A stretch of DNA of 64,000 nt, from assembly GCA_963701965.1 (NCBI GenBank), contig OY969695.1, positions 2,304,001 to 2,368,000 of the forward strand, written 5' to 3'. Both the position numbers and the translations under genes were made by a program. Below, piece after piece: positions 61,738 to 64,000 of this stretch. A model generated the notes under the pieces. That model saw nothing but the letters and a program-made list of their open reading frames with translations, ran no database searches and was not told the origin of the DNA. The stretch is from an uncultured Gemmatimonadales bacterium (lineage in GTDB: Bacteria > Gemmatimonadota > Gemmatimonadetes > Gemmatimonadales > Gemmatimonadaceae). Each line of letters opens with the position of its first letter. Positions within the stretch are counted from its first letter, which is position 1.

Positions 61738-61987
61738 GGACGATGTCGCGGAGATCTTCGTCGGAGAGGCGCGCGAGGTCCGCCCAGCTCGCCGTCGCGT
61801 ACGGAACGGCGTAGAACGCACCCGTGCTCGACTCGAAGAAGAGTCGCGGAGGGCTGGGCGGCAGCGCGGCGCGCGCTTCGCGGACGCGGAGATCCAGCGG
61901 GAGGTCGGATGGCCACGCCTCCCACAACATGCCGTCACACACGAAGCGCCGCCGTTTCTGATCTATCTGAGCCATGAGTGCGTACAC
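61718..61987 (-). CDS. Small hypothetical protein inside the ABC operon
   Basis: 89-aa ORF filling the gap between ATPase and permease, with pattern RRF..DG..WEAW...LFFES...W..LSDEDL. Confidence 0.65.
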   Translation of the reverse strand: MYALMAQIDQKRRRFVCDGMLWEAWPSDLPLDLRVREARAALPPSPPRLFFESSTGAFYAVPYATASWADLARLSDEDLRDIVRGLGYA

Positions 61988-61992
61988 CCACG

Positions 61993-63099
61993 TTAGCCGG
62001 CCTCCCCTGCGGAGCCGGTAACAAGCTGGTACCCCGCAGGCTCGCGTCCGGTCGCGACCACAGGCACCGGCTGGCGTACAATGCGCACGGCCGCCAAGTC
62101 CCCTTCGTCAGCCACGCGCTCGCTGCACGCGACTTCGACCTCCGGCCCCCGGTCGAGCTGCACGCGATAGTGGTACGACGACCCGGCGAACCGCCGGCTC
62201 TTCACGACGCCGGGCCACGTCTCCGGCGCCCCCGCCGGAGCGAACCCCAGCGCTTCGGGACGCAGCACCGCCAGCATCGTCTTCCCCGTCTCCGCTGTTC
62301 GCACGACTCGGACCACACGGTCGACACCCGCGACGCGAATCACGGCCTTGTCGTCTCCTTGCGCTTCCGCGGGGAGCAACGTGCCCCGCCCGACGAACTC
62401 GGCGACCTCCCGACACGCCGGCGTCTCGTACAGCGCTTCCGGCGTGCCGACCTGGAGCAGGCGGCCTCGACTGAGGAGCGCCACGCGGTCGGCGATCGCG
62501 AACGCGTCCTCCTGATCGTGGGTGACGAACAACGCCGTCACGTTCTGGCGGCGGAGCATGGCCCGGAGCTCATCGCGCATCGACTGCCGGAGCGTGGGAT
62601 CGAGATTCGACAACGGCTCATCGAGAAGCAGCACCCGCGGCTCGATGACCAGCGCCCGCGCCAGCGCCACGCGCTGCTGCTCGCCGCCGGAGAGCGCCTG
62701 CACCGGCCGCGGCCCCGCGCCATCGAGGCCGACGCCCGCCAGCGCGGCCTGCGCCCGCACGCGACGCGCGGCCCGCGCGACGCCCCGCGCCTCCAAACCA
62801 AACCCGACGTTGTCCTCGACCGTCAGATGCGGAAACAGCGCGTAATGCTGAAACACCATCCCGAAGTCCCGCCGCTGCGGCGGGAGGTTCGTGATGTCCT
62901 TCCCATCGAGGATCACCGCGCCGGCATCCGCCGGCTCGTAGCCCGCGGCGATGCGCAGCGTCGTCGTCTTGCCCGACCCGCTGGCGCCGACGAGCGCCAA
63001 CAGCTCTCCCGACGCGACCTCGATCGACACTCCGTCGACAGCCACCTTCGCCGCGAACCGGCGCGTGACGCCGCGGAGCGACAGCGTGCCCGCGGTCAC
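61993..63099 (-). CDS. ABC transporter ATP-binding protein (FbpC/PotA-like, TOBE domain)
   Basis: GASGSGKT, VFQHYALFPH, LSGGEQQR, DEPLSNLD and VTHDQ motifs. Confidence 0.93.
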   Translation of the reverse strand: MTAGTLSLRGVTRRFAAKVAVDGVSIEVASGELLALVGASGSGKTTTLRIAAGYEPADAGAVILDGKDITNLPPQRRDFGMVFQHYALFPHLTVEDNVGFGLEARGVARAARRVRAQAALAGVGLDGAGPRPVQALSGGEQQRVALARALVIEPRVLLLDEPLSNLDPTLRQSMRDELRAMLRRQNVTALFVTHDQEDAFAIADRVALLSRGRLLQVGTPEALYETPACREVAEFVGRGTLLPAEAQGDDKAVIRVAGVDRVVRVVRTAETGKTMLAVLRPEALGFAPAGAPETWPGVVKSRRFAGSSYHYRVQLDRGPEVEVACSERVADEGDLAAVRIVRQPVPVVATGREPAGYQLVTGSAGEAG

Positions 63100-64000
63100 C
63101 CGCGGCGACGGATATGGGAGTCCCAGTACGTCATCCAACTATCGAGGCTGTCGGCGAGGAGCGCCCGGTTGACCGGCATGAGCTTGATCTCGCGCCGCGC
63201 CGCGCGGACCCATTCCGGCAGCGAGTCCTCGGGAATGTCGGTGCGGGCCGGGATGCGGTTCTGCTCGCGCGCCGCCACCAGGAGCAGCGGCTCGCTGGTG
63301 ACGAACTCGTAGAACGCCTTGGCGGGCACGGGGTGGGCGGATCCCTTCACCAGCGCGATAGCGTCGACGAGGAGCGGCGTACCACTCGTCGGGATCTTGT
63401 ATTTGACCGGAATGCCGAGGCGTTGCTGCAAGCTGGCAATGTCGGGCATGTCGAACAGCGTGATCAACCCCTCTTGCCGGCCGAGCTTCTGAAAGAGGAT
63501 CGTCGGGTTGAGCGTGTACTCCTTGGTATTGGCGTCGAGACGGCGCAACCAGTCCCATCCCGCGGCGGTCGATCCCGTCGCGGCCACGGACCGCGACAGG
63601 ATCGCGCCGAAGATCTCGCGCATGCTGCCCGAGGCCACGGGATCCCGAATGAGGAGCTTGCCCTTCCATCGGGGATCCAGGACATCGTCCCAATCCTTTG
63701 GCGCGACGGAGTCGGGCACCGCCACGCTGTTGTAGCCGATGACCTCGGGGGTCAGGTACGTCCCGTACCACCGGTTCGCGCTGTCCCGCGCTTCCGCCGG
63801 GACATACTCGGCCCACGTGGGCGTATAGGGATCGAGGAGACCCTCCTTCGCCGCCCGCTCAAAGGCGTCCGCCGGCGCGCCGAACCACACATCGGCCTGC
63901 GGGTTGACCGACTCCGCGCGCAAGCGATCCAACACTTCCTGCGCGCCCATGTCCACCCATTGGACGTCGATCTCGGGATGCGCGGCCTCGAACCGCTTGG
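63096..64000 (-). CDS. ABC transporter substrate-binding protein (Fe3+/polyamine type), 5' end outside window
   Basis: RLRAE..NPQADVWFG, PKDWDDVLDP.WKGK and DPVASG motifs. Frame is open to the window edge. Confidence 0.9.
   Translation of the reverse strand, partial: KRFEAAHPEIDVQWVDMGAQEVLDRLRAESVNPQADVWFGAPADAFERAAKEGLLDPYTPTWAEYVPAEARDSANRWYGTYLTPEVIGYNSVAVPDSVAPKDWDDVLDPRWKGKLLIRDPVASGSMREIFGAILSRSVAATGSTAAGWDWLRRLDANTKEYTLNPTILFQKLGRQEGLITLFDMPDIASLQQRLGIPVKYKIPTSGTPLLVDAIALVKGSAHPVPAKAFYEFVTSEPLLLVAAREQNRIPARTDIPEDSLPEWVRAARREIKLMPVNRALLADSLDSWMTYWDSHIRRRG

Overview
A gene-dense, high-GC bacterial chromosomal segment with about 58 coding regions. I saw no rRNA, tRNA, CRISPR array, integrase or transposase. 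Protein style suggests a Gemmatimonadota genome (inference). Contents in order: an ECF sigma factor with a partial anti-sigma candidate; an orphan D12-class adenine methyltransferase; an LpxR-like protein; a CoA-transferase; a frameshifted phasin/histone-H1-like gene; otsA-otsB-GH15; an rnhA operon with several unknown genes; hbd; an FAD oxidoreductase; thyX; a four-gene operon of two Ddl-like ATP-grasp ligases, a GNAT and a KamA radical-SAM aminomutase; a response regulator with DUF1800, DUF1501 and a frameshifted polysaccharide deacetylase; AraC; rho; tamA/tamB; Fic; MarR/VOC; an M20 peptidase; an ArnT-like glycosyltransferase with a PHP protein; YyaL; acyl-CoA dehydrogenase; EamA/Lrp; a degenerate Ser/Thr kinase; nadBAC; a BMP nucleoside ABC transporter; MFS; ndh; and an Fe3+/polyamine-type ABC transporter cut off at the window end. 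The best candidate for an undescribed system is the ATP-grasp x2 + GNAT + KamA operon (16218-20027), a putative pathway to an acetylated beta-lysine peptide. Other notable signals are a symmetric bidirectional -10 element between two apparently leaderless genes, a CATG site in the putative -10 box of a CATG-type methyltransferase, two apparent +1 A frameshifts in the same GA(A)TG context, a Rho with an IDR in place of its N-terminal helical domain, and several operator-like palindromes. Product calls come from motif recognition by eye; no database searches were run.
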